IMG/VR virus record: IMGVR_UViG_3300028833_000002
Source of the DNA: a virus
Taxonomy: Duplodnaviria; Heunggongvirae; Uroviricota; Caudoviricetes
Reading direction: 5' to 3' (one strand)
DNA length: 64,000 bases
The first letter of the stretch is position 1, and every line of letters starts with the position of its first letter. The notes beneath the pieces were generated by a model that was not told the origin of the DNA, did no database searches, and saw only the letters and a program-made list of their open reading frames with translations. Shown piece after piece: positions 1 through 12,200 of the stretch. A program made the translations under genes and the position numbers.

Positions 1-183
1 CCTGAAAACGGCGAAATGGTTAAATTCGTTCAGTTTGAAATTGTAGAGAATACAGAAGAAAACGACGGTTCAACAATGATTGTTGGTACTGAGAACCTTA
101 ACCTTCTTGATGAAGCTGAACTTTACAAAGTTGACGGAGAAGACGAGGGCGAAACAATCGCTATTGGTGCTACAGAATATTGA
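1..183 (+). CDS. C-terminal end of a tail-module protein (5' truncated by the window edge)
   Basis: Frame 1 is open from base 1 to TGA at 181-183 (PENGEMVKFVQFEIVE...IGATEY*). It lies directly upstream of the tail-tube paralog cluster. Function inferred from position only. Confidence 0.6.
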   Translation, partial: PENGEMVKFVQFEIVENTEENDGSTMIVGTENLNLLDEAELYKVDGEDEGETIAIGATEY

Positions 184-204
184 TTAATTGAGAGGTGATA
201 CTCA

Positions 205-2223
205 GTGAACTTATTTGACCAGTATGGTATAAAGGAAGCCGCTGATGTAACCATTTCAAGTATTCATAAGAAAAAGGATGGCTCGGGAGGACTCTATCGC
301 CTCCCAGCCTTATTCCTTGATACTTTAAAGGTTGCAACTACAGAAAAATCTGCTGATGGTACTTGGGCACAAGGCGGCAGAGGTAATTCTAGACTTATTT
401 CATGGGATTTTGGCAAGACAATTAATCTCACACTTGAAGATGCACTTTGTACACCTGCATCACTCGGCTTATGCTGGGGCGGTGTTCTTGGCGCAGATTG
501 GAAAAACGGTCAGGTTGATATTACATCAGGACTTGTAAATAATTGCGGCGTTGATAGAGTTAGCCGTTTTGAAAAATGTTTCTATCCTAGAAATGATGGT
601 GCAGAAGCTACAGTTGGTAATTTACTTCCAAGAGATGGCTCTGAAGACGTTGTTCAGGACTTCAATGGTGACCCAATTTACTTACAGCGTTCATCAGTTA
701 TTGACGGTGTAAATATTAAGGGATTCGGCGCAGTTAAGGGTAAACCTTATAGATGGGCCGCAGAAATTGAGTCTGAGGTAAGGTCATTAGCTATCGTTCC
801 GGATAGATTTTTTAATATCTATGGTAAATCTTATCCAATTAAGAGAAGACAGACAGTTGGTATCAATCAGCCATCTGAATCTTTTAAATATGAGATTACT
901 TATAAGAGAGGTTATGATTTATATGAGGACACTCCAGTGGCCGCAAAAATCATTTATCATAAACAGAATGAGAATGGTGAAACAACAAAGGCTTGCGCTA
1001 GCGTTGTTGAAGATAAGGCACTCAGATACCTTGATGATGTTGAAGCTTATCCATTCTTAAAAATCAGAGTTTGCCTTGATGGTTCTATTAAAGCTTATCT
1101 TGGCGCGGCTACTGTAGATTGGGATTTAACAAGAAAGATTGAGGACGTTAACCCGGAAATCGCTGGAGACGGCGTAGCACAGGAAGACCTTGCTTGGATT
1201 GATGTAACAGAAGTAGTAGATGTTACTCAGTTTGCCGGCATTGATATGTGGGTAAGGTTTGATAGCATTAATGCTCTTGCTTATTACATCATTACTAAGT
1301 ATAAGGAAGATATTTTCTCAATTGGTCCTAAGGATATTGTTGGTGGTCTTGATAACACTGTAAGACCTTTTGCTAACACAACATTTGTTTCAACTCTTAA
1401 CTATGCAAATAACCTTACTGTTAAGGAAGGTATTACAACACTTTTAACTGATACAACATCTAGCTTTACATATAATACTTGGTATACAGAAACAGATTTC
1501 ATTGCTCTTTTCGCGGCAACAACAGGATTTGCAGTTGCTTTCCCTATGTTCCTCGATACAGCACCAGAAATTGAAGGCAAAGATGCTGCAACAGGTTCAG
1601 CAGATAACTTCAAGATTGACAGAACAGGCGCACTTTATATCAAGAGAACACTTGAAACACCATCAACCGTTGGTACTGTTGGCGAAGTAACAGGTGTGGA
1701 TTACTCACTTACAGACTCGGAAGGCATTTCAGAAGATACTGGACTTTGCGTACCATGCTGCAAAAAGCCAAATCTTAGCCGTGAAATCTGGGCATATGTT
1801 AATCCAAACACAATGGCTCCTTATGATGATGACTACTGGTTCCACCAGTCAGAACCATTCCTTAAGGCTAGCTTAACACTTAGCACAAAACAGAACCCAA
1901 TTAATACTCAGAAAATTATCGTTGATAAGGGCACATTCCCTGGTGTATACCAGATTGAAATGGAAAGCTTTATCAGAAGCCGCGATACTCAGGAAGACCA
2001 GAGAATTAAGATTACACTCCCTGTATGTAAGATTAAATCTAACAACAGCTTCACAATGAGCCCAGATGGTGACCCAACAACATTCTCTATGGAAGTTGAA
2101 GTTGCACAGCCAAAGGAAGGCGGCCAGATGATTATTGAGTTCTTTGAAGTTGAAAAGACTCAGAAACAGGGTTGCGGTGGTCTTGTACCAAAGGACGGTT
2201 CAACAAAAATTACAGCACAGTAA
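205..2223 (+). CDS. Major-tail/tail-tube-like protein, paralog 1 (672 aa, no TAG codons)
   Basis: GTG start after GAGGTG RBS. N-terminus GIKEAADV...LFLDTLK...GGRGNSRLISWDFGKTINLTLEDAL and C-terminus GVYQIEMESFIRSRDT...ITLPVCKIKS...GDPTTFSM are shared with the three downstream paralogs and resemble siphoviral tail-tube proteins. Confidence 0.7.
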   Translation: MNLFDQYGIKEAADVTISSIHKKKDGSGGLYRLPALFLDTLKVATTEKSADGTWAQGGRGNSRLISWDFGKTINLTLEDALCTPASLGLCWGGVLGADWKNGQVDITSGLVNNCGVDRVSRFEKCFYPRNDGAEATVGNLLPRDGSEDVVQDFNGDPIYLQRSSVIDGVNIKGFGAVKGKPYRWAAEIESEVRSLAIVPDRFFNIYGKSYPIKRRQTVGINQPSESFKYEITYKRGYDLYEDTPVAAKIIYHKQNENGETTKACASVVEDKALRYLDDVEAYPFLKIRVCLDGSIKAYLGAATVDWDLTRKIEDVNPEIAGDGVAQEDLAWIDVTEVVDVTQFAGIDMWVRFDSINALAYYIITKYKEDIFSIGPKDIVGGLDNTVRPFANTTFVSTLNYANNLTVKEGITTLLTDTTSSFTYNTWYTETDFIALFAATTGFAVAFPMFLDTAPEIEGKDAATGSADNFKIDRTGALYIKRTLETPSTVGTVGEVTGVDYSLTDSEGISEDTGLCVPCCKKPNLSREIWAYVNPNTMAPYDDDYWFHQSEPFLKASLTLSTKQNPINTQKIIVDKGTFPGVYQIEMESFIRSRDTQEDQRIKITLPVCKIKSNNSFTMSPDGDPTTFSMEVEVAQPKEGGQMIIEFFEVEKTQKQGCGGLVPKDGSTKITAQ

Positions 2224-2240
2224 TATAAAGGAGGGATAAG

Positions 2241-4127
2241 ATGGAAATGTTTGAGGAGTTCGGCACAAGAGAAGTCCTATAGGGCTGCTTGTATGCCATT
2301 GAACTTGACAAAGACGATAATGAAATCGACATCCCCGTTCTCTACATGGACACCTTAAAGGTGTCCACTGTAGATGAAAGTATTTCTTCTGCCTATTCTT
2401 CGGGCGGAAGTTGTAATCCTAAGTTAATGGCTTGGGATTTTGGACGAGACATAGTTGTAAACTTAGAAGATGCTCTTTTTACGCCAGCTTCAAATAGTTT
2501 GTTTTGGACGGGTAAATTAGGTGCTGGCTATTTAAAATTATATCTGAGATATTTCTATGATAGAAATGTTGATAATTTCGCGCCAGACCAATGTCTTAGA
2601 ACAGGCACATTAGTTGCAGAGAAATTTTCTGATTTTATGATAATCCCGGATAGGTGGGGAGTAGATGATAAACAATACGTTGGAGAGTCGTCTATATATT
2701 GTTGGATGGTAGACGGTTATGTTGAATCTACTGATGGTAATAATAGAATTGCAATTAATGATTTAATTTTGTTTTACAGAGAACAGACTTAGAAGTGGTA
2801 TTTCTTTAATGGAAAAGGCCCAACAGAAAACGAAGAGTCATGGTATAAAACTTCTTACATTCACGACTAGGAAACTTATAATACCTATGATAATGAATAC
2901 TTTGCTATACATTATCAGTATGGTAGAGAGGTTTTTGAATGGATAAGGGAACATATTACCAATGCTAAAAAAGAATATGAACCAGTGGCCATAGCTACAT
3001 TAAAGGAATGGGGCAAAGATGTAACTGATTCGGACGTTATGTTCTTGACATAGAATTTATATATAGATGGTTATAGGAAAGGTTGCGACCGCAACAAGCT
3101 TTATAGCCAAAGAACTACTGATGAAAATTATGCCATTAACAATGGCGATTACTTACCTTATCGTTATTTTGCTAATGTAAATGTGGTATATAATACCAAC
3201 ATTACTTCGCCGCAAGAAACTATATACAAATTAGAGACGGGATATGACGATGCTTTCTATATAGAAGAATGTGAGGAATATGTGGCTAAACAGGACTTCT
3301 GTATAGATACTGATATAAACATGCTTCATGGTCAATATAGGTATCTTGATAAATATTCCCAGACACCTTTAAAGGTTTATTTGAACCCTAAGACAATGCA
3401 ACCATACATACCAAATGCTTTTGAATTTTATCGCCGCAATGGTCAAAGGGTTACGGGTAACTTGGCTATAATCAAAGGTGGGGAACGTTATTATAAATGG
3501 GAACGTTTTAAAGCGAAGGAACATAAATCATTAGGCAAAAGACTTATTATAGATTCTAAACATTATCCCGGCTATTTCAAGTTTGTTGGCCAGACTTTTA
3601 TGCGCGATAGACTTGGAGAAGACATTAAATATCAGATAGAGATTCCATTATGTAAGCTGTCTGTAACTAATAAATTAAACTTAAATGCCAGTGGTGACCC
3701 GACAGTATTCTCAATGAAGCTAAATGCTTTAAGACCAAAGAATGGTCGAATGATTATATTAACTGCTTATGATGTAGTCAATAATACTTGTCCTTGCGGC
3801 AAGAATGTTGAGAATATAGCTGAGGAAACTAGCCCACATCCAGTATTACATCCTGAAGAATATACTGGCACTGTTGAACCTGACTTAGAGCTTAATGTTT
3901 ACGCATAGGATAGAGATATTGCTCCTATCTTACTTGGTGAAGAACAGGGCGAAGTTAAGACGACAGAAGATTATGATGTCGCGCCAGAGAATGTAAATGC
4001 TGTTATAGAAGGCACTTTAAACATATATTCTATCGACGAAACAAAATTACCATCTTAGACTTTAGAGCCGCGTATTTTAACACCAGAAGAATACTCAGCT
4101 ACTATCAAAGGAAGTGAGAGCGAATGA
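2241..4127 (+). CDS. Tail-tube-like protein, paralog 2 (628 aa with TAG=Gln; 6 in-frame TAG)
   Basis: ATG 2241 after AGGAGGG RBS. Track ORFs 2289-2792 and 3183-3908 are in the same frame, joined over TAG at 2280, 2790, 2868, 3051, 3906 and 4056. Ends at TGA 4125-4127, overlapping the next ATG (ATGA). Carries PVLYMDTLKVST, WDFGRDIVVNLEDAL and GDPTVFSM motifs. Confidence 0.8.
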
Positions 4128-6241
4128 ACATTTTTGCTGAAAAAGGAATAAGGGACGTAGCTGATGTTACTTTATATTCAATAAACAGGATTGGGACTGA
4201 GGAGTTTTATCTCCCGGTCCTATATCTTGATTCTTTAAAGTTAACTAATTTCTCAAAGAGCGTTGCCACAAATGAGAGTTTTGGTGGTATAGGTAATAGA
4301 AAAACGGTTTCATGGTCTTATACAAAAGATATTAAGTTAAAAGCAGAAGATGCTTTATTTACACAGGCTTCTTTGAGTATGCTTGCAGCGGGGCGTTTAG
4401 CTTAGAAAATGTCACCTTGGACTTCTGCAATTGCTAAGTTAATGGTTGCCAATAAGTATGGATGCAATTCATATTCTACAAAAGCTTACCCATCGCCAGA
4501 ATTAACTGATGAAGAATGGGAGATAGTTTTTAGGTGTGCACAAAAGGCTGGTTTTAATCCAAGAATTGGAGATATAATACTGGAAAAAAACTATAGTGGT
4601 GGCGGTGAGGTCGTAAGAAGTGCCGCACCTGATAAATCTTATGACTACACTGTTAAATATTTATATGACCAAGATGACCAAGATAACGCTTTTGTGGCTG
4701 AAAATAGATGGTTATTAAAACAAGGTTATTTACATCGTAATCAAAAGACTTCATTTTCTTAGAATTTAGCGCCTTATGTGGATATAAGTAAAGATGTTCA
4801 GGGCGTGACTATTCTTCTATAGAATAGCTAGCCTTATGGAGTAATGAATTTTATTTAGGGGTCAAATTTGAACGATACTCTGGAATATTACTGTAATTGC
4901 AAAGTGCAATACTATTCAGAAGAAGACAAGAAAAATAAAGAATTGAATTGTAATTTTGGTGCCAAACTTATTCATGGTTGCAAAGGTATTGTTGCTGAAG
5001 TGGCTGGAATTTCGATACGTGGCGGTTCTGAACCAGAACCTCGTCCAAGGTCAACTAGAGCAGTAACTCCATCTAATAATACTGATGCCAGAATATTCTA
5101 TCAGATATTCCCCGGTAGTTTTATGAGTGCTCGTTTTACTAGCCTGGCAATAGGCAATAAAGAATTTTTAGATAATATTCTATGGTTCTTACTTCCTAAA
5201 AATATGTTAGATGCACAATTTTTCGCGACCCAATTACACGGACGAGATTATTCTAATCCATATTGTTGGTTCTAGACTTAGGAAAGGCAATGCCTAGCAA
5301 TGCCACAGCAAATTATAGACCTTATCTCCGATGAAATCAATGAAATAAAAGATTACGGTTATCAACAAAACTCCCTAAAGGAAGCTAAACAAATTGACCG
5401 TTATACAAAATGTATAGTTACTGACCCTTGTGGTCTTAAGATAGATTTGGTAGAGCAATTCGCAAATATAAAGAAAATGTATAAAGATGAAAAAGATAAT
5501 TACATAGTTTATTATGATGCTAAAACTATGATGCCTTTTGCACAGTCCACTTTCTTAACAGAAGATATAGCTGAATAGAAGGGTGTATCTTTTGAGGGTA
5601 GATACCAAAGCGAACAAGAATATCTTGCCGCGAAAAAGAACAAGTTCTTAAGTGAAATTTAGGACTATTTATTGCGCCTTTATGGACAAGAAGCTTCAGA
5701 ATGGGTTCTATCATTGACTCCAAATGATATTATAATCACGAATATAGATGAAGATAATTTTATTGTTTTATTCCTCGTTACTAAGCGTGATTATATTACT
5801 CTTAAATATGGCACTTTTTATTACAAAAAAGAAAGAGTGATAGATACTGATGATAATGACATCTCATTTTTAGGCATCGACATTCCAATTAACTACGATA
5901 CCTTTAAGGGTGAATATCTTATTGTCGGCGATACAATGGTTAAAGACCAAGCAACTGGTAAAGACCAGCCTTGTCAAATTGTAATAAACAGAGCAACAAT
6001 TTCTTCATCAACTACGTTAAATCTAAGTGGAAAAGGTGAATCGGCAACATTCTCGTTTGATGTTGGTATTCTTGACCCGATAGATGAAAATAAAGACGCT
6101 GTTGAATTAATATTCTATAATACAGAAAAAGATGAAAGAAATGGCGGCGAAAGAATTATTCCACAAAGCAAACGATATGCTCGGACGCCAATTCTTAAAA
6201 CCAAAGAAGAAGTAGTTGCCGCAAACGAAGAAATGTATTAA
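4124..6241 (+). CDS. Tail-tube-like protein, paralog 3 (705 aa with TAG=Gln; 9 in-frame TAG)
   Basis: Track ORFs 4124, 4409, 4868, 5300 and 5672 are all in one frame and separated only by TAGs. N-terminus GIRDVADV...PVLYLDSLK...GGIGNRK..W...EDALFT; C-terminus KGEYLIVGDTMVKDQATGKD. TAA at 6239-6241 is followed by a terminator. Confidence 0.8.
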
Positions 6242-6245
6242 TAAC

Positions 6246-6277
6246 GAAGTGGGCCTAGTCGCCCACTTCTTTTTTTA
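6246..6277 (+). terminator. Rho-independent terminator
   Basis: 9-bp stem GAAGTGGGC/GCCCACTTC, 6-nt loop, followed by a T7 tract. Confidence 0.9.
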
Positions 6278-6321
6278 TTTACAAACGGTTTTAACTACAT
6301 TATTAAAAAGGAGGTGATATT

Positions 6322-7221
6322 ATGGAAGACAATCTTGTTGGAGTAAAAGAATTGTTTGATGTAAGCATTAGACTTAATGAAGCTGTTGATATTGGTAATC
6401 AGCATTATGATATTAACGAATCTATACTCAATTTTGAAAGAGCTGACATAGCACAATTCTATGAACAGCAATCTATCAAAGAAGCTCGTGGTGGCTATCA
6501 TAATAATTTATTGATAGATTGGGTAACTGACACACAAGCAAACTTCGCAATATCAAACGGGGTGCTTTCACCAACTACATGGAGTATTTTAAGTAATTCA
6601 AAGGTTGGTAGGCCAAAAACAAAAAGTATAAGTTATAAAGAGTAGGTTCCTGTCATTGAGGATGGAGATCGATATTTTTGTGTTTTGAAATTTATTCCTA
6701 ATGCAGTTCCGGAACAGTTAGGTTTACAGGGAAATCCCGAAGGAGAACAGATGCCAATGGGTAGAAAGCCTTGGCTACCGCTTAAACCACTTCCGCCGCA
6801 ATCTGACAAATACATCTTTTGCTACGATAAAGACACTGGTAAAAAGATACTTAACTTCAAAGTATGCGGCAATCAGATAATTTTCATGGCAGAACATAAG
6901 GAAGTTGTTGTGGATTATACCTTTAACTATGAGGATAAGATAGTTGAATTGGAAGTTGGTAATCGCTTATTTAAAGACTTCTTACGATTAACTGGAAAAA
7001 TGACCGTAAAGGATTATTTTACCGGGGAACCAAAAACTGCTATTCTTGAAATTCCTAAAATTAAAATTCGTTCAAGTCTGGCAATGAAATTGGGCACTTC
7101 TTATAACACCTCTGTTGTAAGTGATTTTAGTTTTATTGGCTATCCGCCTGAAGATAGATTGGATGAAAGAATATGTAATATTACTTTTTTAGAAACCGAA
7201 TTAACAGGTGATTACTTATGA
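6322..7221 (+). CDS. Tail-tube-like protein, paralog 4 (299 aa; 1 in-frame TAG at 6643)
   Basis: AGGAGGTG RBS. Track ORFs 6322-6645 and 6685-7221 are in frame. GVKELFDV...EARGGYHNNLLIDW and LRLTGKMTVKDYFTGEPKTAILEIPKIKI echo the paralog motifs. TGA overlaps the next ATG. Confidence 0.7.
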
Positions 7222-9230
7222 TAAAGATGCAAGAGTCAGACATTATATATAATGTTATGAGAAAAGCTGAAAAATCTTTTATTAGAGAGATGTAGTTTTT
7301 AAAGGCTATAAATATGGAAGGAGATGGATAGTTTACGCTTCCAACATCGTTAAAGGACCTTTGGGATACCTTTCAAAATAAAGGCAAAATAGACAAATTT
7401 CAAGCAAGAATGAGAGCTTGTGTTTTCGACCAAAAAGGCGACGGCACCGGCAATTACGAATGGCTCCTTTACTTGTCTAATAAAGGGTTCGTTGATAAAA
7501 TTATTAAAACAGGCGACCTAAAAATGCAAGAATATGTCAGATTGTCTGGCAGAAAAGCTGAATATTTACAGCAAAGTGAAATTACTAGTAGGAAGCCTGG
7601 CGGGGATGAATATGTTTTAAATCCTGTTTTTCTTAGAACTCGTTTGCTCGAAATGAGTAAGGATATGGGTAAGGAACTTATAGAATCCTTTAAAAAAGAT
7701 GTTAAAAAGAATGGTATGAGACAAAATGACGTATTCTTTAAATAGTTTAGTTAGGACCTTTTAGCCAACTTAGATATTGCCTTTCTTACACATCAATATA
7801 CGGTCAGAAGTAGACGTAAAAATATGTCTACCGGAAAGATGGAAAATGTAAAAGAAACATCTTAGCAACTTTTTATGATTTCGGCCAATCAAGACCCAAA
7901 GAAAGGAAAGCTTGAAGTCTTCTGTACTACAGATGCTAACGGTGTATCATTCTTAGAAGATATGAACTTCTTTTCTTTTACACGACAAGACAGTTATAAA
8001 ATAATTCAAGATGCTTTTGATAAAACAATTTGTTAGAAAATAAAGGATGAATATGGGAATGATACTTCCCGATATAAATATAAAGACCTTAAAAGAATTT
8101 TGTCATTTACGGTTGATAAATCTGAATTTATAAGACAAGCAGAGGGACAAGGGGTAAAACTTTCAAATCTTAGTTTCGCCAATTTGGAAAAGATGGCTTC
8201 AATATTCTTGGGGGTTGTAAGACAATCCTTAGAAAAATTTCGACAAAGAAAAGGTGATGTTATTGCCGAAAGCTATTAGGAAATTGATAACCTCAAAACA
8301 CCTATGGCAAGAATTTTACAAGCTCAACCTCATCTTATTGATAAAATTTTTAAAGACACTACTAACTATAAAGCGACATCTGGTACAATAGGAGAAGTCA
8401 TGTTCGGTGTCATGATATAGGCTATTATAAACGATGGTGCGGGAGAACAGGTAAGAATCGTAGGCCAAAACAAAAGTAATTCAGGAAAGGACGCGGCCGT
8501 TGACGTTGTTCTCAGCAAATTGGTAGATGGAGAATTAAGGCTTTTTGGTTTCCAAATTAAGAACTATACCAATATTGGTACTTTTACCTTCAATGATTCT
8601 CATGGTAAATTTTATAATGAAGAATACATGGGAAGATATTTGAATGACGCTAAAAGAGCAGTCTTATATGAACTAGCAAATAGATTATGGTTATACAGAA
8701 AACAGCCACAATGGTGGGTTAATGAAACTGTGCTCGAAAAAGACTACATTTATGGCGGTGACAGAATAGCAAAGTATATGTTAGAATTACTTTATTCCAA
8801 CATAAATAGTTTTCTTAGGTATGACCAATGTGATATGGATGAATACATAGGAGTTAATGATTTCTATGTTGTTGGTTTCAATTTTATTCCAGCTTCCGTT
8901 ATTTTCTATGCCTTTGCGCAAGCCTTACAAAAGACTGATTAGATTTTACAATTAAAGGATTTCTATTTCTCATATGGAAATATGGAGAAAAACCCTAACC
9001 TGCCTTTACTAAAAACATGGGATAATTCATGGAGAAGAATGGCAGAAACCTTTGCAAGTTTGGGACACGCTTCACCGCAAGATGTGCAAAACTTCTTAAC
9101 TCCATATACGGGACAAGATGGTGACCCACCTCCAAACAAATGGAAGGAAAATCTGATGCTTAATTATTCTAGTGTACAGTTTAACTTTAAAGAAAAACTG
9201 GAAGTATTATTAAAACATATGCAAAAATAA
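7218..9230 (+). CDS. Hypothetical protein (670 aa with TAG=Gln) with a candidate PD-(D/E)xK nuclease-like motif
   Basis: ATG 7218 overlaps the upstream TGA. Track ORFs 7410, 8520 and 8982 are in frame, with ~9 TAGs and no TAA/TGA until 9228-9230. Segment GTIGEV...AVDVVL...GFQIKNY. Confidence 0.7.
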
Positions 9231-9244
9231 GGAGCGTGATGTGA

Positions 9245-12200
9245 ATGGCAGCAAATAAAACGGTTTATACCTTAGACCTTGATAGCACTGGTTTGGTCCA
9301 AGGCTATAAGCGTGCGCTTAAAGAAATGGAAAACGCCGGCTATTCCGTTCAAGTAACTGGTAATATTAGTAAAGAGCTTGATAAGCTGATTAAGGACTAT
9401 GATATTCTTAAAAAGTAGGCTTAGAATGGTTTTACTAACCCAAAGGAAATCGCGGCGTTTAATGATAGCATGAATAAACTTATCGGTAAATTCGGTAAGA
9501 TAGATACATTAATTGGCGCGGCTGGAACTGACTTAAAATAGATGGTTGATAGAATTAAGCTATCAGTTAGTGGTCTATCAGACATTTTTACTAAAGCTGG
9601 CTTTCAAAATGCCAAAAAATTAACCGATGATATTGTTGCAGCAACCAATAAAAATGAAGTTGCTGAAAAAGCCTTGAATGAAGAATTAAAGACAAGAGTC
9701 GAAAGATTAAAAGCCATTCAAGCAGAACAGCAAAAACTTAAAGGTCAACAAAGTGCCGCAATCGCTAATGCTCTTACTGGTGTTGGCACAAACAAGGCTG
9801 GAAAATCCATGCAACTGTTTGCCACAAACCAGGGAATATCTGATGCACAAAAAGCAGAAGATAGAGCAAAGATACTTGCTAAAGCACAGCAATTGGCGGC
9901 AACATCAAAAAGTATACAATAGATTTGGCAGCAATTAAATACTTATATTGTTGAAAATGGTCTTGGTCCGGAACTTAGTTCATAGGGTGAAAAAGCAAAG
10001 CAATTAAAGGAACAATTACAACAGGCCAAAGATGCTGCGGCACAGTATGCTGAGCAAATATCAGAAGCTAGAAAGAACACCAAGGCTGGAAAAGAATCAG
10101 TTGAAGCGATTGGAAGTATTGACAAGGAAAGCGGGGAATATAAAGTAAAAACGTCTGTTTTAACGGATACTCGTAGAGCTATCAAGGAAGTTGAAAAAGA
10201 CTATTCTGACCTTGGTAGAGTAATGCAGAATCCTCGCGCTTCAGCAGATGAACTTAACAAAGCTATGGAAACATCCAACAGAGTTATGACAGAAACTGCC
10301 GAAAACTCTCGTAGGGCACATAATAGCTTTGATGAAATGATAAATCCAATTGCCAGGGCTGCTACATAGGCCTCAAACATGGCAACGTCTATAGAAAATC
10401 TGCGCTAGAGAATCCTTTTCCTTTTCTCGGCAACATCAATTTTCTATAAGATAAGAGCAGAATTAAATAAAACTTTTGAATCAGTAAAGCAACTTGATAA
10501 ATCATTCGCATCTATCGCCATGGTTACTGATAAAACATTGTCAGACATGTGGGCGCAATATGATAAATATGCTGACATGGCTACTAAACTTGGTCAAAGT
10601 ACGAATGATATGATTTAGGCATCAGCTTTGTTCTATCAGCAAGGTCTTGACACAAACGAAGCCTTACAGTTAACAACTGATACCATGAAACTTGCTACAT
10701 TAGCGGGTTCAGACTTTAGCACGGCCACTAAGGAAATGACATCTACAATCCACGGCTTTAACATGGCGATGAACGAAGGTTCCCATATTACCGATGTTTA
10801 CTCAGAACTTGCCGCTCACGCAGCTGCATCTGTTGATGAAATCGCAAAAGCTATGGAAAGAACTGCATCAATCGCTAACTCTGCTGGTATGAGTTTCGAG
10901 AATACATCTGTATTCCTTACTCATATGCTCGAAACCACCCAGGAAGGTGCAGAGAACATCGGTACATCTTTAAAGACCATTATCGCTCGATTTGGTGAAT
11001 TAAAGAATAATGTATCGGCGGCTGAATCAGAATTTGACGATTTAGACCTTAACAAAGTAGATAAAGCATTAAAGAGTGTAGGCGTTCAATTAAAGGACGA
11101 AAACTTACAGTTTAGAGACCTCGACCAAGTATTACTTGAATTGTCTGGTAAATGGTCATCATTAGACCGTAATACTCAGCGTTATATCGCTACTATCGCG
11201 GCTGGTTCTCGTCAGCAGTCTCGTTTCCTTGCTCTTATGGATGGATATGATAGAACCGTAGAACTTATGGAAACTGCGGCAGAAGCCGAAGGTAAGGCTG
11301 ACCAGCAGTTCGCAAAATATGCTGACACTGTAGAATACAGATTAAAGCAGTTACAGACAAAGTGGGAAGAATTTAAGGTTTCTATTACAAACAGTGATTT
11401 ATGGAAGGGCATGTTAACAACAGCTTCCAACCTCTTAGACCGATTAAATAATGTTGATACAAAAAGACTTGTTGTTGGCGGCGTAATGGGTATTATTATT
11501 GGTAAATAGCTTATTAGTGCCTTAACTACACAAATTGCTTCATCAGCACAAACTGTATCAAATGCTTTTAATAACGTTACTAAGAAAATTATAAATGATT
11601 TTAATAACAAAACAGGTTCTCTCGGTGAGAAGGCAATAGCAAAACAGATTAACAATCTGAAGGCAAAAATAAATAGTTTAACAGCAGATTTTGGAGCAAA
11701 TTTTGGAAATAATCTCAATCCTGCACTTTTTACTAGCACTAGCGAAGCCATTAAAATGCTATCTACTGACATAGCGGGACTCACAAATCCAGTTGTAATT
11801 TTAAATACACTTTTAGGTGAAGAATACTATTCTATGGGACAGGAGAAGGAGGCTCTAGAGGCTTTACATGTAATGTTCCCTAACCTAAGTAAAGATACTT
11901 CAGAATTTACAACATAGTTAGGACATATGAGCGAAGCGGCTTAGAATACAACCAATAAGATTAATTCAGCGGCCCAAGGAATTAAGACTCTTTCTAATAC
12001 CGAAGAAATAGCTAAACAGCAGTCTGCCGCTTTAGGTTCGGCTTTAGGGGCAGCTTTTGGTTCTATATCTATAGCTTTAACAGGCATAATTAGTGGCACA
12101 ACTTCTACCGAAGAAGCCTTTAGAGCAATGACAATGACATCTGTCATGATGCTTACTACTAATTTAATTCCAGCAATTTCGGCTGTGACCACTGCAATTA

